From Candidatus Woesebacteria bacterium RIFCSPLOWO2_01_FULL_44_24b (GTDB lineage: Bacteria; Patescibacteriota; Microgenomatia; UBA8517), in assembly GCA_001793235.1 (NCBI GenBank), contig MGHM01000014.1:3857-67856 (forward strand): a stretch of 64,000 bases of DNA, written 5' to 3'. How positions within the stretch are numbered: position 1 is the stretch's first letter; each line of letters opens with the position of its first letter. Positions 47,134 through 56,695 of the stretch are shown here, piece after piece. The position numbers and the translations under genes were made by a program. The notes under the pieces were generated by a model. The model did not search any database, was not told where the DNA came from, and saw nothing but the letters and a program-made list of their open reading frames with translations.

Positions 47134-48827
47134 AAAAGAAAAGTGTAACAATATTTGTTGTCATAATTTTGGTTGCTTCATTTTTGAGGCTTTATAAATT
47201 GGATTCGTTCCCGGTTAGTATGTTCGGCGACGAAATGGATGTTGGCTATCAGGCTTACTCTGTTCTTAAAACAGGAAATGATTATTATGGTAATTTTATG
47301 CCATTGCATTTTCACTCACTGGCCGAATGGCGTACGCCGCTTTATATCTATTCTGTGGTTCCAACAGTAGCAATTTTTGGAATTTCACCTCTTGGAGTCC
47401 GCCTGCCTGCAGCCGTTTTTGGAATATTGGGAATTGTCGCCTTTTACTTTTTAGTCTCAGAGATTTCTAAAAAGTACCTAAATACTGACTACAAACTACT
47501 GGCTACTGTCGCAAGCTTCTTGCTTGCGATTAACCCTTGGCATATTCAGTACAGTAGGGCCGCGTTTGAAGTTACTGAGCTATTGTTTTTTCTAATTCTT
47601 GGTCTCCTTTTCCTTTTTAGAAGTTTTAAAAATGGCAAATTACTTTGGATTTCGGCTTTAGCCTTCGCACTTACCCCGTGGGTTTATAGCACTGCAAAGT
47701 TATTCACTCCACTGCTATTAGCCTTTTTAGTATTTGTTTTTAGGAAGGAAGTTTTTAGACTGCCGCGCAAATATTTAGTCTATGCTGTTTGTGCTTTAGC
47801 TCTTGTTGGTGGGCCAATCGCCTATAGCACGGTGTTTGGAGGGGGAGGACAGCGCTTTAGTTATATCAGTGTTTTTAGCGATCCTACAATTGAACACGAA
47901 GTTGGAGTTGCAAGGGATATAGACAGCTGGGGAAACTCACTTCCTTCACGCGCTTTACATAATAAGTTTGTTATTTGGTCAGAGGCAATTGCCGGAAATA
48001 TTCTCCAAAGTTACTCCACAAGTTTTTTGTTTGTTGATGGGGACCTGAATTTGCGTCATTCAATAGAGGATATGGGAATGTTTTATAAGCCTGAATTTTT
48101 TGCTTTACTTCTCGGAATTGTTTATTTCTTTAGCAGAAAGGCGGATAGTAAAATAAAATTGTTTTTCCTTTTCTGGCTTGTCGCTGGAGTTTTGCCTTCA
48201 GCGATAACGCGCGACGGAGGAAATCATGCTACTCGATTAATCCTTATCCTTCTTCCTCTCGTGTTCCTTATATCAAGTGGTGCGGTGTTTCTTTCAAAAA
48301 ATCGCGTTATCTTTTTCGCATACTCAATGTTGCTCCTTTTATTTTTTATTATCTATCAACACCAGTACTGGGTTCATAATCCCACTTATTCAGAGCGTTG
48401 GTGGCATTACGGTTGGGAAGAAGCGGTGGAGGCTATTAAATCAGTTGAGCAAGACTTTGATAAAGTCGTAATTTCTACCGCGGATGAGCCGCCATGGATA
48501 TTTTTTGCCGGAGCATATGAATACCCACCCGAAAAATGGCAGGCACAATTTCCATTGGAGCAAAAAGTAACTTTAGAGGGGTTTGGTGAGGTGTCGCACA
48601 TTGATAAGTTTTATTTCGGGAGCCCTGCCGGCTTACAAATGTATGATTGGGGAAAAGTGCTTGACAAGGAGATGCTCTATTTGGCTTCAATAAAGGAAGT
48701 TGGAGTGAACTTAATTCGCGAGCCCGAAAGAACTCCTGGAGACTTGGTGCTTTTAAAGTCGATTGCGTTCCCTTCAGGTGAACCAGCTTTCTACCTGTTT
48801 ACTGGAAGAAGAAGCGATGAAAATTAA
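47130..48827 (+). CDS. GT-C membrane glycosyltransferase (DE..GY.AYS subfamily) 1
   Basis: FGDEMDVGYQAYSVLKTG, VRLP, PWHIQYSR, FLFVDGD, WHYG. Confidence 0.83.
   Translation: MKKKSVTIFVVIILVASFLRLYKLDSFPVSMFGDEMDVGYQAYSVLKTGNDYYGNFMPLHFHSLAEWRTPLYIYSVVPTVAIFGISPLGVRLPAAVFGILGIVAFYFLVSEISKKYLNTDYKLLATVASFLLAINPWHIQYSRAAFEVTELLFFLILGLLFLFRSFKNGKLLWISALAFALTPWVYSTAKLFTPLLLAFLVFVFRKEVFRLPRKYLVYAVCALALVGGPIAYSTVFGGGGQRFSYISVFSDPTIEHEVGVARDIDSWGNSLPSRALHNKFVIWSEAIAGNILQSYSTSFLFVDGDLNLRHSIEDMGMFYKPEFFALLLGIVYFFSRKADSKIKLFFLFWLVAGVLPSAITRDGGNHATRLILILLPLVFLISSGAVFLSKNRVIFFAYSMLLLLFFIIYQHQYWVHNPTYSERWWHYGWEEAVEAIKSVEQDFDKVVISTADEPPWIFFAGAYEYPPEKWQAQFPLEQKVTLEGFGEVSHIDKFYFGSPAGLQMYDWGKVLDKEMLYLASIKEVGVNLIREPERTPGDLVLLKSIAFPSGEPAFYLFTGRRSDEN
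47478..47505. repeat. Heptamer repeat inside a GT-C loop
   Basis: ctaaata ctgacta caaacta ctggcta; encodes LNTDYKLLA. Confidence 0.65.
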
Positions 48828-50094
48828 TCTTCGATATGTATTTATTGCGGCAATCATCTTTAGATTAATTTTAGCGCCTTTAGCCAACCATCCCGATGTC
48901 GGTAACCACATAGATTGGGGGATAAAATTTTGGGAATATGGGGCGAGTAAATTTTATGCTCCGGAAAGTAATGTTTGGGCGTTCACTTGGCCAAACCAGC
49001 CCCCGGGAACAATCCTTATTTTTGCAATTATTCGAAAAGTTTATGAGCTGATTTTTGGAATTTTCTGGGGTATAAATGTTGCTGTTCCGGCATTTCCTTC
49101 AGGGGTAGTTACTGCAATTGACAAGCATTTATACCTCATACTCCTCAAGTTGCCGGCAATACTCGCAGACCTTGGGATTGCCCACTTGATTCATCAGTTT
49201 CTTGCCAAAGGCAAATATTCTAAAGTTGCCAAATTTGGAGCAATATTATTTTTAGTTAATCCGGTTATCTGGTATAACTCATCAGTTTGGGGGCAGACCG
49301 ACTCAGTCATTAACTTCTTTGTAATTTTGAGTTTGTGGTTGTTGTTTAGGAATAAGCCTGTGCTTGCCACATTGAGTTTTGCTGTCAGCTTGTATATAAA
49401 AGTTTCACTGGTTATTTTTATTCCGATATTCTTGATTTTGTTTATTAAGAAATTTTCAGTAAAACAAGCCATTGTTTCACTAGTGCCCCCTTTGGCGGTT
49501 TTTGCTCTGCCAACCCTCCTTTTCTCTTTCCCCCACGAGCCGTTTTCATGGCTTTTGGAAATTTATAAAGTAAAGGTGTTAACAAATCAGCTTCAGGTGA
49601 TAACCGCAAATGCCTTTAATTTTTGGGGCATTTTTGAAGGACTTGCCCAGCGGCCTCACAGCCTCTCCCTCGGGCCGGTTAGTTACCAGACGTGGGGATT
49701 GGCCGCTTTTTTATTAGGTTATATACCACTTTTATATTGGTTGTGGAAAAATCCCAAAGCTAAAACTGCAATATGGGTATTGGCGCTTGCCTCTTTTGGC
49801 TCTTTCATGTTTTTGACCAACATGCACGAGCGCTACCTCTACCCGCTGTTTCCTTACTTAACAATTCTTACCGCCATGAGTCCAAGACTGCTACCGCTTT
49901 ACGCGGGCATCAGCGGTGTTAGTTTAATTAATCTTTATAATCTCTGGTTTGTGCCGAGGTTTGAGTTTATCGTTATCTTGCTTTCAGCTGGAAAGGGAGT
50001 GGCTGTCAAGCTTTTGTCGGCTGTCAATACCGCACTTTTTCTAATTATATATCAAAACTTTTTAAAGGCGCGCCAAAAACGTATAATTAGTTAA
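48817..50094 (+). CDS. GT-C mannosyltransferase-like protein (PIG-M/GT87-like)
   Basis: HPDV, NQPP, LKLPAILAD, NP...NSSVWGQTDS, MHERYLYP. Confidence 0.78.
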   Translation: MKINLRYVFIAAIIFRLILAPLANHPDVGNHIDWGIKFWEYGASKFYAPESNVWAFTWPNQPPGTILIFAIIRKVYELIFGIFWGINVAVPAFPSGVVTAIDKHLYLILLKLPAILADLGIAHLIHQFLAKGKYSKVAKFGAILFLVNPVIWYNSSVWGQTDSVINFFVILSLWLLFRNKPVLATLSFAVSLYIKVSLVIFIPIFLILFIKKFSVKQAIVSLVPPLAVFALPTLLFSFPHEPFSWLLEIYKVKVLTNQLQVITANAFNFWGIFEGLAQRPHSLSLGPVSYQTWGLAAFLLGYIPLLYWLWKNPKAKTAIWVLALASFGSFMFLTNMHERYLYPLFPYLTILTAMSPRLLPLYAGISGVSLINLYNLWFVPRFEFIVILLSAGKGVAVKLLSAVNTALFLIIYQNFLKARQKRIIS

Positions 50095-51740
50095 TGAGGA
50101 ACTGGAAACTCGTAGTTGTTGTGTTGTTGGCGTTTTTATTGAGGTTTGTAAATTTAGCTTCGTATCCAGCCGGTTTTTCCGCCGATGAGGTGAATCAAGG
50201 CTATACAGCCTATTCAATTTTGAAAACGGGCAAGGATGAGTGGGGTGAGCCCTTTCCTGTTGCCCCGCGCTCCTACGGTGATTACCGCGCACCACTTTAC
50301 ACTTATTTGACAGTTCCCTCAGTTGGCATTTTTGGCTTAAATGAATTCGCGACCCGCCTGCCGGCTGTAATTTTCGGCACCTTGTCAGTTGCAGTTGTTT
50401 ATTTTCTGGTGCGTGAGTTATTTAAGGAAAAGGGCGAAAAATTGGCAGTCATTGCATCATCTTTGCTTGCGATTTCCCCATGGCATGTTGCCTTGTCCCG
50501 GGGAGCATTTGAGCCCAATTTACCGACTTTGATTATTCCTCTTGGAGTTTTGTTCTTTTTGAAAGGCAGAAAGCAAAAAAATTATATGTTAGCTGCAGCT
50601 CTTAGTTTGGGCTTAGGGCTATTTTCTTACTATTCATTCAGGCTGCTTTTCCCCGGAATTTTATTTCTACTCTACATTTGTTTCAGGTCAAATATTCTCA
50701 GGTATAAATTGCCTCTTGTAGTACTTGGCCTGTTCACTGCGATTGCCATCTACACTATGTTTGTAGGCGCATCTTCGCGCCTGCTGGATGTGTCTATTGC
50801 AGGGGAGTCCTCGTGGCACGCTGTTTCTGAGGCCCGGTATAATGCGGTTTTAATGGGTCTTCCCGATTTGCTAGCGAGGGTGTTTAACAATAAATTAACT
50901 TATTTGGCGAGTTTGTTTACCAAAAATTATTTAAGTTATTTTTCTCCTCAGTTTTTATTTACCAGTGGAGCAGGGGAGGCGACATATGGCATGGCTCCTG
51001 GGATGGGACTCATGTACCCACTTGAACTCCTGTTTATAGCTGCTGCATTAGTTCACACAATAGTTGGTAAGCTTTACAAAAAAACTTCTATAAAATTAAC
51101 TTTTGCGATGCTCATTATTGCGCCCATTCCGGCGGCGCTAGCCACGGGGCCCGGGATGGCCGCGAACAGGGCAGCGGTCATGTTACCATGGCTCACGATT
51201 ATTTCAGCAATCGGGATTTATGCAATCTTGAAAACTTTTTCTAAAAAATATATAGCCGTTTCCGTACTCCTCTATTTTATTGTTTCTCTGGTCTTTTTTT
51301 TGGAAAGTTATTATTACCACTCACCCCGTGACAACGCTCGATCTATGAGCTATGGCTGGCGGCAAGCTTCGGAGTACATAAGAAATGTTTACGATTCATA
51401 CGACAAGATTGTTGTAAGTGGAAATTTTTCAGAGCCACAGATGTTTGCAGCTTTTTTCATGGAAATTAATCCAGGAGTTGTTCAAGCCCAGTCCCTAGAT
51501 TGGCTAAGGTACGAATCTCAGGGGCTCAAATTTGTTGATCAATTGGGTGAATATAAATTGGATAAATTTGTTTTTAAGGGTATTGATAAAAGTGTTGATA
51601 CTAAGACTCCAAATACGCTAATCATGGGCAGGCCTGAAGATTTTATTGGCGTTACACCCGATCATGTTATTAACTATCCGGACGGCGAGGCAGCTATTTA
51701 TTTTGTTTCTTCGCGCGAAGTCTATGCAAAAGAAATATAA
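50094..51740 (+). CDS. GT-C membrane glycosyltransferase (DE..GY.AYS subfamily) 2
   Basis: SADEVNQGYTAYSILKTGKDEWG, GDYRAP, PWHVALSRGAFE. Confidence 0.85.
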   Translation: MRNWKLVVVVLLAFLLRFVNLASYPAGFSADEVNQGYTAYSILKTGKDEWGEPFPVAPRSYGDYRAPLYTYLTVPSVGIFGLNEFATRLPAVIFGTLSVAVVYFLVRELFKEKGEKLAVIASSLLAISPWHVALSRGAFEPNLPTLIIPLGVLFFLKGRKQKNYMLAAALSLGLGLFSYYSFRLLFPGILFLLYICFRSNILRYKLPLVVLGLFTAIAIYTMFVGASSRLLDVSIAGESSWHAVSEARYNAVLMGLPDLLARVFNNKLTYLASLFTKNYLSYFSPQFLFTSGAGEATYGMAPGMGLMYPLELLFIAAALVHTIVGKLYKKTSIKLTFAMLIIAPIPAALATGPGMAANRAAVMLPWLTIISAIGIYAILKTFSKKYIAVSVLLYFIVSLVFFLESYYYHSPRDNARSMSYGWRQASEYIRNVYDSYDKIVVSGNFSEPQMFAAFFMEINPGVVQAQSLDWLRYESQGLKFVDQLGEYKLDKFVFKGIDKSVDTKTPNTLIMGRPEDFIGVTPDHVINYPDGEAAIYFVSSREVYAKEI

Positions 51741-53385
51741 CCACTATCTCTTGTTATTGATTTTACTGTTCAGTTTTTTTATCCGCATATGGAAAATCGA
51801 TGCTGCCCCGGCTTCGCTTAATTGGGATGAAGTGAGCCATGGCTTTAACGCCTATTCTATTCTCACAACAGGAAAGGATGAGTGGAGCGAGAGTTTCCCT
51901 GCAATCTTTCGAGCATACGGCGACTACAAGCTTCCGGTTTATGTTAACTTAGTTGCGATTTCTGAAAGTCTGTTTGGTCTTAACCCGTTTTCGGTGAGAC
52001 TGCCTTCGATATTGGCCGGTTGCATCACAGTTTTGTTTTCTTATCTTTTGGTGAAAAAACTATTTAAAAAAGAAGAAATTGCACTTCTTACAGCGCTTTT
52101 GGTAGCTATTGAACCCTGGAACCTGTTTTTGTCGCGCGCCGCGCTCGAAGCAAATGTTGCACTGGCATTGATTGTCTCTGGAGTATATTTTTTGTTATCA
52201 GGATTAGAAAAGAAAAATTGTTCTCTACTTTTGGGAATAGCATTGTTTGGCTTATCAGTCTGGACTTATAACTCTGCTCGTATTTTTATTCCTTTGTTGT
52301 TAATCGCTTTAACGTTAATTCATAAAACTGAATTCTATAAGATCGTAAAAAGTAGTAAATCCCTTGCTACATTCTACATGCTACTTGCTATTGTATTTTT
52401 AGTGCCAATGTTCATTCAAGTCAGTAGTGGAGTCGGATTGGCTAGATATGAAAGTGTTCAAATCTTAAACGACACCGCGATTGGCAGAATCGGGGAGTTA
52501 AGAAGTAATCTTAGTTTTGATGAGTCTGTAGAGAGATTGTTGTTTAATAAAGCTACATACTTTGCTGGCCAGTTTACGGTAAATTATTTAAAGCACTTCT
52601 CACCGGAATTTTTGTACTTAAAGGGCGGCGACAATTATCAGTTTAATATCCCGAATATTGGCCTTTTATATCTTGTGAATGCACCGTTTTTAGTTTTGGG
52701 TATTTGGAGACTTTTCAAACAGCATGGAGGAAAAAAGTACGGCAAATTAATTATTGCATGGCTTCTTATTGCACCAGTGGCTTCCAGTCTTACCGAGGGG
52801 GCTCCCCATACTTTACGGAGTATTGTGATGCTCCCAATTCCCATGATACTCACTGCCTTGGGTGCATCGTACGTCTTTAGTAGACTGGCAAAGTTTAGGT
52901 GGCTCTTTGTTGTTTTTGCGCTCCTGCTATTTGTGAGCTTTGCAGACTATTTTAATATTTATTTGAGTAGCTACAGAGTTAATTATTCATGGGTCTGGCA
53001 ATATGGGTACAGGCAAGCTGTTGACTTTATAAAAACGAATTACAATAAATATGAAAAGATAGTTATTACTAAAAAATATGGCGAGCCGCACGAGTTCGTA
53101 CTCTTTTACTGGCCTTGGGACCCTTCTCGCTTCCAAAATCAGGACAAGACCAGGTATTACCAGTCAAATTGGTATTGGGTGGATAAGTTCGATAAATTCT
53201 ATTTTGTGAATGATTGGGATATTCCAAAGGTTGGTTCAGAGTTTGCACTGGAAAGTGGTGGCACCTTTGATTGCGCCAGTTGTTTACTTGTGACAAGTCC
53301 TGGGAATGCGCCTGAAAACTGGAAGAAAATTGAGACGATAAATTTTTTAGACGGTAAAATCGCTTTTGAAATATATGAACACTAA
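51724..53385 (+). CDS. GT-C membrane glycosyltransferase (DE..GY.AYS subfamily) 3
   Basis: NWDEVSHGFNAYSILTTGKDEW, GDYKLP, SRAALE, PHTLR, WQYG. Confidence 0.85.
   Translation: MQKKYNHYLLLLILLFSFFIRIWKIDAAPASLNWDEVSHGFNAYSILTTGKDEWSESFPAIFRAYGDYKLPVYVNLVAISESLFGLNPFSVRLPSILAGCITVLFSYLLVKKLFKKEEIALLTALLVAIEPWNLFLSRAALEANVALALIVSGVYFLLSGLEKKNCSLLLGIALFGLSVWTYNSARIFIPLLLIALTLIHKTEFYKIVKSSKSLATFYMLLAIVFLVPMFIQVSSGVGLARYESVQILNDTAIGRIGELRSNLSFDESVERLLFNKATYFAGQFTVNYLKHFSPEFLYLKGGDNYQFNIPNIGLLYLVNAPFLVLGIWRLFKQHGGKKYGKLIIAWLLIAPVASSLTEGAPHTLRSIVMLPIPMILTALGASYVFSRLAKFRWLFVVFALLLFVSFADYFNIYLSSYRVNYSWVWQYGYRQAVDFIKTNYNKYEKIVITKKYGEPHEFVLFYWPWDPSRFQNQDKTRYYQSNWYWVDKFDKFYFVNDWDIPKVGSEFALESGGTFDCASCLLVTSPGNAPENWKKIETINFLDGKIAFEIYEH
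52363..52390. repeat. Heptamer repeat (CNNNCTA family) inside a GT-C gene
   Basis: cttgcta cattcta catgcta cttgcta. Confidence 0.72.
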
Positions 53386-55039
53386 CCGTTGGTTATTAGT
53401 TGTTATTTTAGTGTTAGCCGCAGTTTTGAGACTATGGCAATTGGGCGAGTATCCGATTCGCTTGACCAATGATGAAGCTGCGATTGGCTATAACGCATAT
53501 TCGATTTTAAAAACCGGCAAAGATGAACATGGAGCGGTATTGCCGGTTATTTTTAAATCGTTTGGTGACTGGAAGCCGGGACTTTATATTTATCTTACTG
53601 TGCCGTCGGTAGCAGTTTTTGGACTTTCAGAATTTTCAGTAAGATTGCCCTCGGCGCTGTTGGGAGTTCTGACGATACTATTGATTTATGAGTTGGCCAA
53701 AGAACTTTTTGATAAAAAGGTGGCCATATTTTCAGCCTTTTCACTTGCAGTGTTGCCTTGGCATATTCATTTTTCCAGAGGTGCCTGGGAGGCAAACTTG
53801 GCGTTAACTTTGTTGGTGGCCGGGACTTTGTTCTTTTTCAAGTCCTTTAAAAGTAAAAAAAATATTATCCTGTCTGCACTCTTTTTTGCCTTCTCCCTAT
53901 GGGCATATCAGAGTGCCAAGTTGGCGAGCCTGATAGTTTTGATAGGTTTGGGCATCTTCTACTATAAAGAAATTCTGAAGCTTGATAGAAAAAATCTTAT
54001 CATATCGGCTGTTCTTGGAATATTGATCTCTTTGCCAATTATAACCTCATTATTTACTGGTAAGACGGGAAGAGTGGAAGTAATGAGTGTTTTTTCCTAT
54101 ACACGCCCTCTGGAATATATCGAGAGTACTATCTTTGAGCAAGAAAATATTACGAGCCAGGACCCGGTTTATATTTTGTTTCATACAGAAGCCTTAAACC
54201 TTTTTAGAGGTGTAGCGGGAAGGTATTTAAACTACATTAGCGGCGATTTTTTATTTTTCAAGGGAGACTGGGCAAACCCCCGGCACACCTCTGTGGATAT
54301 GGGCTATTTGTTGTTCGTTAGTGTCGTTCCTCTTTTGCTTGGGCTTTATGTATTGTTTAAGTCAAAAGTTACTAAGGAAATCGGATTTGTGTTATTTTTG
54401 CTCGCTTTATCGCAAATACCTGCGGCCTTAACCCGGGACAGCGCGCATGGAGTGAGGTCTTTAGGAATGATTCTGCCCGTGTGCATTATATTGGGCTTGG
54501 GGTTAGCTAGACTGTATGATTTTATACTGAAGCAAAAGCGTATCGTTGGTTTGACTATAATATCCTTAACGTTTGCAGCGTATTTGTATAGTATGTGCCT
54601 TTACCTCGATGCTTACTTCGTTCAGAATAAGTATTCTGAACCCAAAGATTATTTTTACGGCTATAAGCAAGTGGTCGAAAGAGTTTTTGAGAGGGAAAAA
54701 GACTACAAAAGAATTATTTTTTCCCAGAGTTATGACCAGCCGTATATGTTCTTTTTATTTTATGGAGTAGGGCACGATGCTCGGTTCGCGCCAGAGGTGT
54801 TTCAAGGAAACACCACTTTTCAGGAAAGTCCAAGCGGCGACGTCGGCCTAATAACTCATCTGGGTGGTATTGAATTTATGCCGACTAATTGGTATGAAGA
54901 CCGTGGTGAAGAAAATACATTGTTTATAGGCCGACAAGAAGACTTTCCCCAAAGTGACATTGCGAGCGGTGAGTTTAATGTGGAATATATTAATTACCCG
55001 GATGATAAACCAGCCTTTGTATTATTAGACAGAAAATGA
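53375..55039 (+). CDS. GT-C membrane glycosyltransferase (DE..GY.AYS subfamily) 4
   Basis: TNDEAAIGYNAYSILKTGKDEHG, GDWKP, PWHIHFSRGAWE. Confidence 0.85.
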   Translation: MNTNRWLLVVILVLAAVLRLWQLGEYPIRLTNDEAAIGYNAYSILKTGKDEHGAVLPVIFKSFGDWKPGLYIYLTVPSVAVFGLSEFSVRLPSALLGVLTILLIYELAKELFDKKVAIFSAFSLAVLPWHIHFSRGAWEANLALTLLVAGTLFFFKSFKSKKNIILSALFFAFSLWAYQSAKLASLIVLIGLGIFYYKEILKLDRKNLIISAVLGILISLPIITSLFTGKTGRVEVMSVFSYTRPLEYIESTIFEQENITSQDPVYILFHTEALNLFRGVAGRYLNYISGDFLFFKGDWANPRHTSVDMGYLLFVSVVPLLLGLYVLFKSKVTKEIGFVLFLLALSQIPAALTRDSAHGVRSLGMILPVCIILGLGLARLYDFILKQKRIVGLTIISLTFAAYLYSMCLYLDAYFVQNKYSEPKDYFYGYKQVVERVFEREKDYKRIIFSQSYDQPYMFFLFYGVGHDARFAPEVFQGNTTFQESPSGDVGLITHLGGIEFMPTNWYEDRGEENTLFIGRQEDFPQSDIASGEFNVEYINYPDDKPAFVLLDRK

Positions 55040-56694
55040 AATTCCTTAATAAAAACACTCTATTAATTTTGATATTGGCTCTTGCCGCGGTGTTGCGGTT
55101 TTATAAACTTGACACCTACCCGGCGTTAAATGCGGATGAGGCGGCAATTAGTTATAACGTTTATTCATTAATTCAAACGGGCCAAGACGAGCACGGCAAT
55201 CCCTGGCCAATTCACTTCCAGTCATTTAATGATTACAAGCCGGGCGGATATTTTTACATTGTTCTGCCGTTTGTATGGGCGTTCGGCTTAAATGAATGGA
55301 GTGTCAGGCTGCCAGGGGCAATATTTGGAGTACTGACTGTACTATTTGTTTATCTTCTTGTGAAGGAATTGCAAAAATGGCAGCAATTTAAAATTTTAAA
55401 TTATAAATTTGAAATTATAGCTAGCTTCTTGCTAGCTATTTCTCCTTGGCATATCCATTTTTCCCGCGGAGGCTGGGAAGTAAATGCCGCGACTTTCTTT
55501 ATTGTTGTCGGCGTATATTTCTTTTTGCGGGCAATTCGCAATAACAAATATTTTGCTTTGAGCGCAATATTTTTTGTCCTGAGTTTATACACTTACCATG
55601 CGGCGCGAATAGTAACCCCGCTTCTCGGGGTGGTACTTTTGATTATCTACAGGAAGGACTTATTTTCAAGTGCCAATCGAAAGCTATTTTTGGGTTCAGT
55701 GATTTTAGGCGCTGTTCTTTTGGTTCCACTACTCACTAGTTTTGTTGGTGAAGCAAGCGCTCGAGCTTCAGGTGTGAGCATATTCTCTGACCGTGGATAT
55801 ATCGACAGGATAGAGGAAAAGCGAGCCAGGCACGAAGACCCTTTTTCGGTTCTCAATAGAATTCTTTATAATAAACCAAAAGAACTCGCCATTGAATTCA
55901 GCAAGAATTATTTCGAACATTTCAAAGGGGAATTTTTGTTTATATCTGGAGATGACATCGAGCGTAATAAAGTGCCGGAGTTGGGACAACTATATTTATG
56001 GCAATTTCCGATTCTGATTATTGCCTTGTATGCTATAAGCAAAAAAAGTAAGGGGTGGGGTTTGGTTTTGGCTTGGCTTGTTATTTCTCCAATTCCCGCG
56101 GCGCTGACTTTTCAGTCACCTCACGCACTTCGCGCTCAAAGCATGATTATCCCCCTAACTATTTTATCTGCATATGGTCTGACTGTCATACTGAAATTTT
56201 TAAATGAAAATATTCGCAAGAGAGGCATACTTACTACATGCTATATACTACTTACTACAGTATTAGGTTGGAGTTTTGCCCACTATCTTCACCAATATTA
56301 TGTTCACATGGCAAAAACGTATCCCTATTCCTCTCAATATGGGGTAAAAGAATTGGTGGAATATATGAACGAAAACGTAAACAACACTGAACCAATAGTG
56401 GTCACAACAAGATATGATCAGCCTTATATTTTATTCCTTTTTTACACTAAATTTGACCCTAAGCAGTTTCAAGGGCATCATATACTTACCGCACGAGATA
56501 AATATGGTTTCTCGACGGTACCTGCTTTTAATAATTACATTTTTAAGTCTATTAACTATAAAGATGAGGACAGAGATAAGTTCCCCGGCGCGATATTAGT
56601 GGGGACAGATGAGGAGATTCCGGACGCGGCTAATGTAATTAAGAATATTTATGGGAGCAATAATTATTTATATTTTCAAGTAGTTGCTAACTAG
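55036..56694 (+). CDS. GT-C membrane glycosyltransferase (DE..GY.AYS subfamily) 5
   Basis: NADEAAISYNVYSLIQTGQDEHG, NDYKP, PWHIHFSRGGWE, PHALR. Confidence 0.85.
   Translation: MKFLNKNTLLILILALAAVLRFYKLDTYPALNADEAAISYNVYSLIQTGQDEHGNPWPIHFQSFNDYKPGGYFYIVLPFVWAFGLNEWSVRLPGAIFGVLTVLFVYLLVKELQKWQQFKILNYKFEIIASFLLAISPWHIHFSRGGWEVNAATFFIVVGVYFFLRAIRNNKYFALSAIFFVLSLYTYHAARIVTPLLGVVLLIIYRKDLFSSANRKLFLGSVILGAVLLVPLLTSFVGEASARASGVSIFSDRGYIDRIEEKRARHEDPFSVLNRILYNKPKELAIEFSKNYFEHFKGEFLFISGDDIERNKVPELGQLYLWQFPILIIALYAISKKSKGWGLVLAWLVISPIPAALTFQSPHALRAQSMIIPLTILSAYGLTVILKFLNENIRKRGILTTCYILLTTVLGWSFAHYLHQYYVHMAKTYPYSSQYGVKELVEYMNENVNNTEPIVVTTRYDQPYILFLFYTKFDPKQFQGHHILTARDKYGFSTVPAFNNYIFKSINYKDEDRDKFPGAILVGTDEEIPDAANVIKNIYGSNNYLYFQVVAN
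55384..55418. repeat. Heptamer repeat (AAATTNN) inside a GT-C loop
   Basis: caattta aaatttt aaattat aaatttg aaattat; encodes QFKILNYKFEI. Confidence 0.72.
56230..56257. repeat. Heptamer repeat (CNNNCTA family) inside a GT-C gene
   Basis: cttacta catgcta tatacta cttacta; encodes LTTCYILLTT. Confidence 0.72.
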
Positions 56695-56695
56695 C

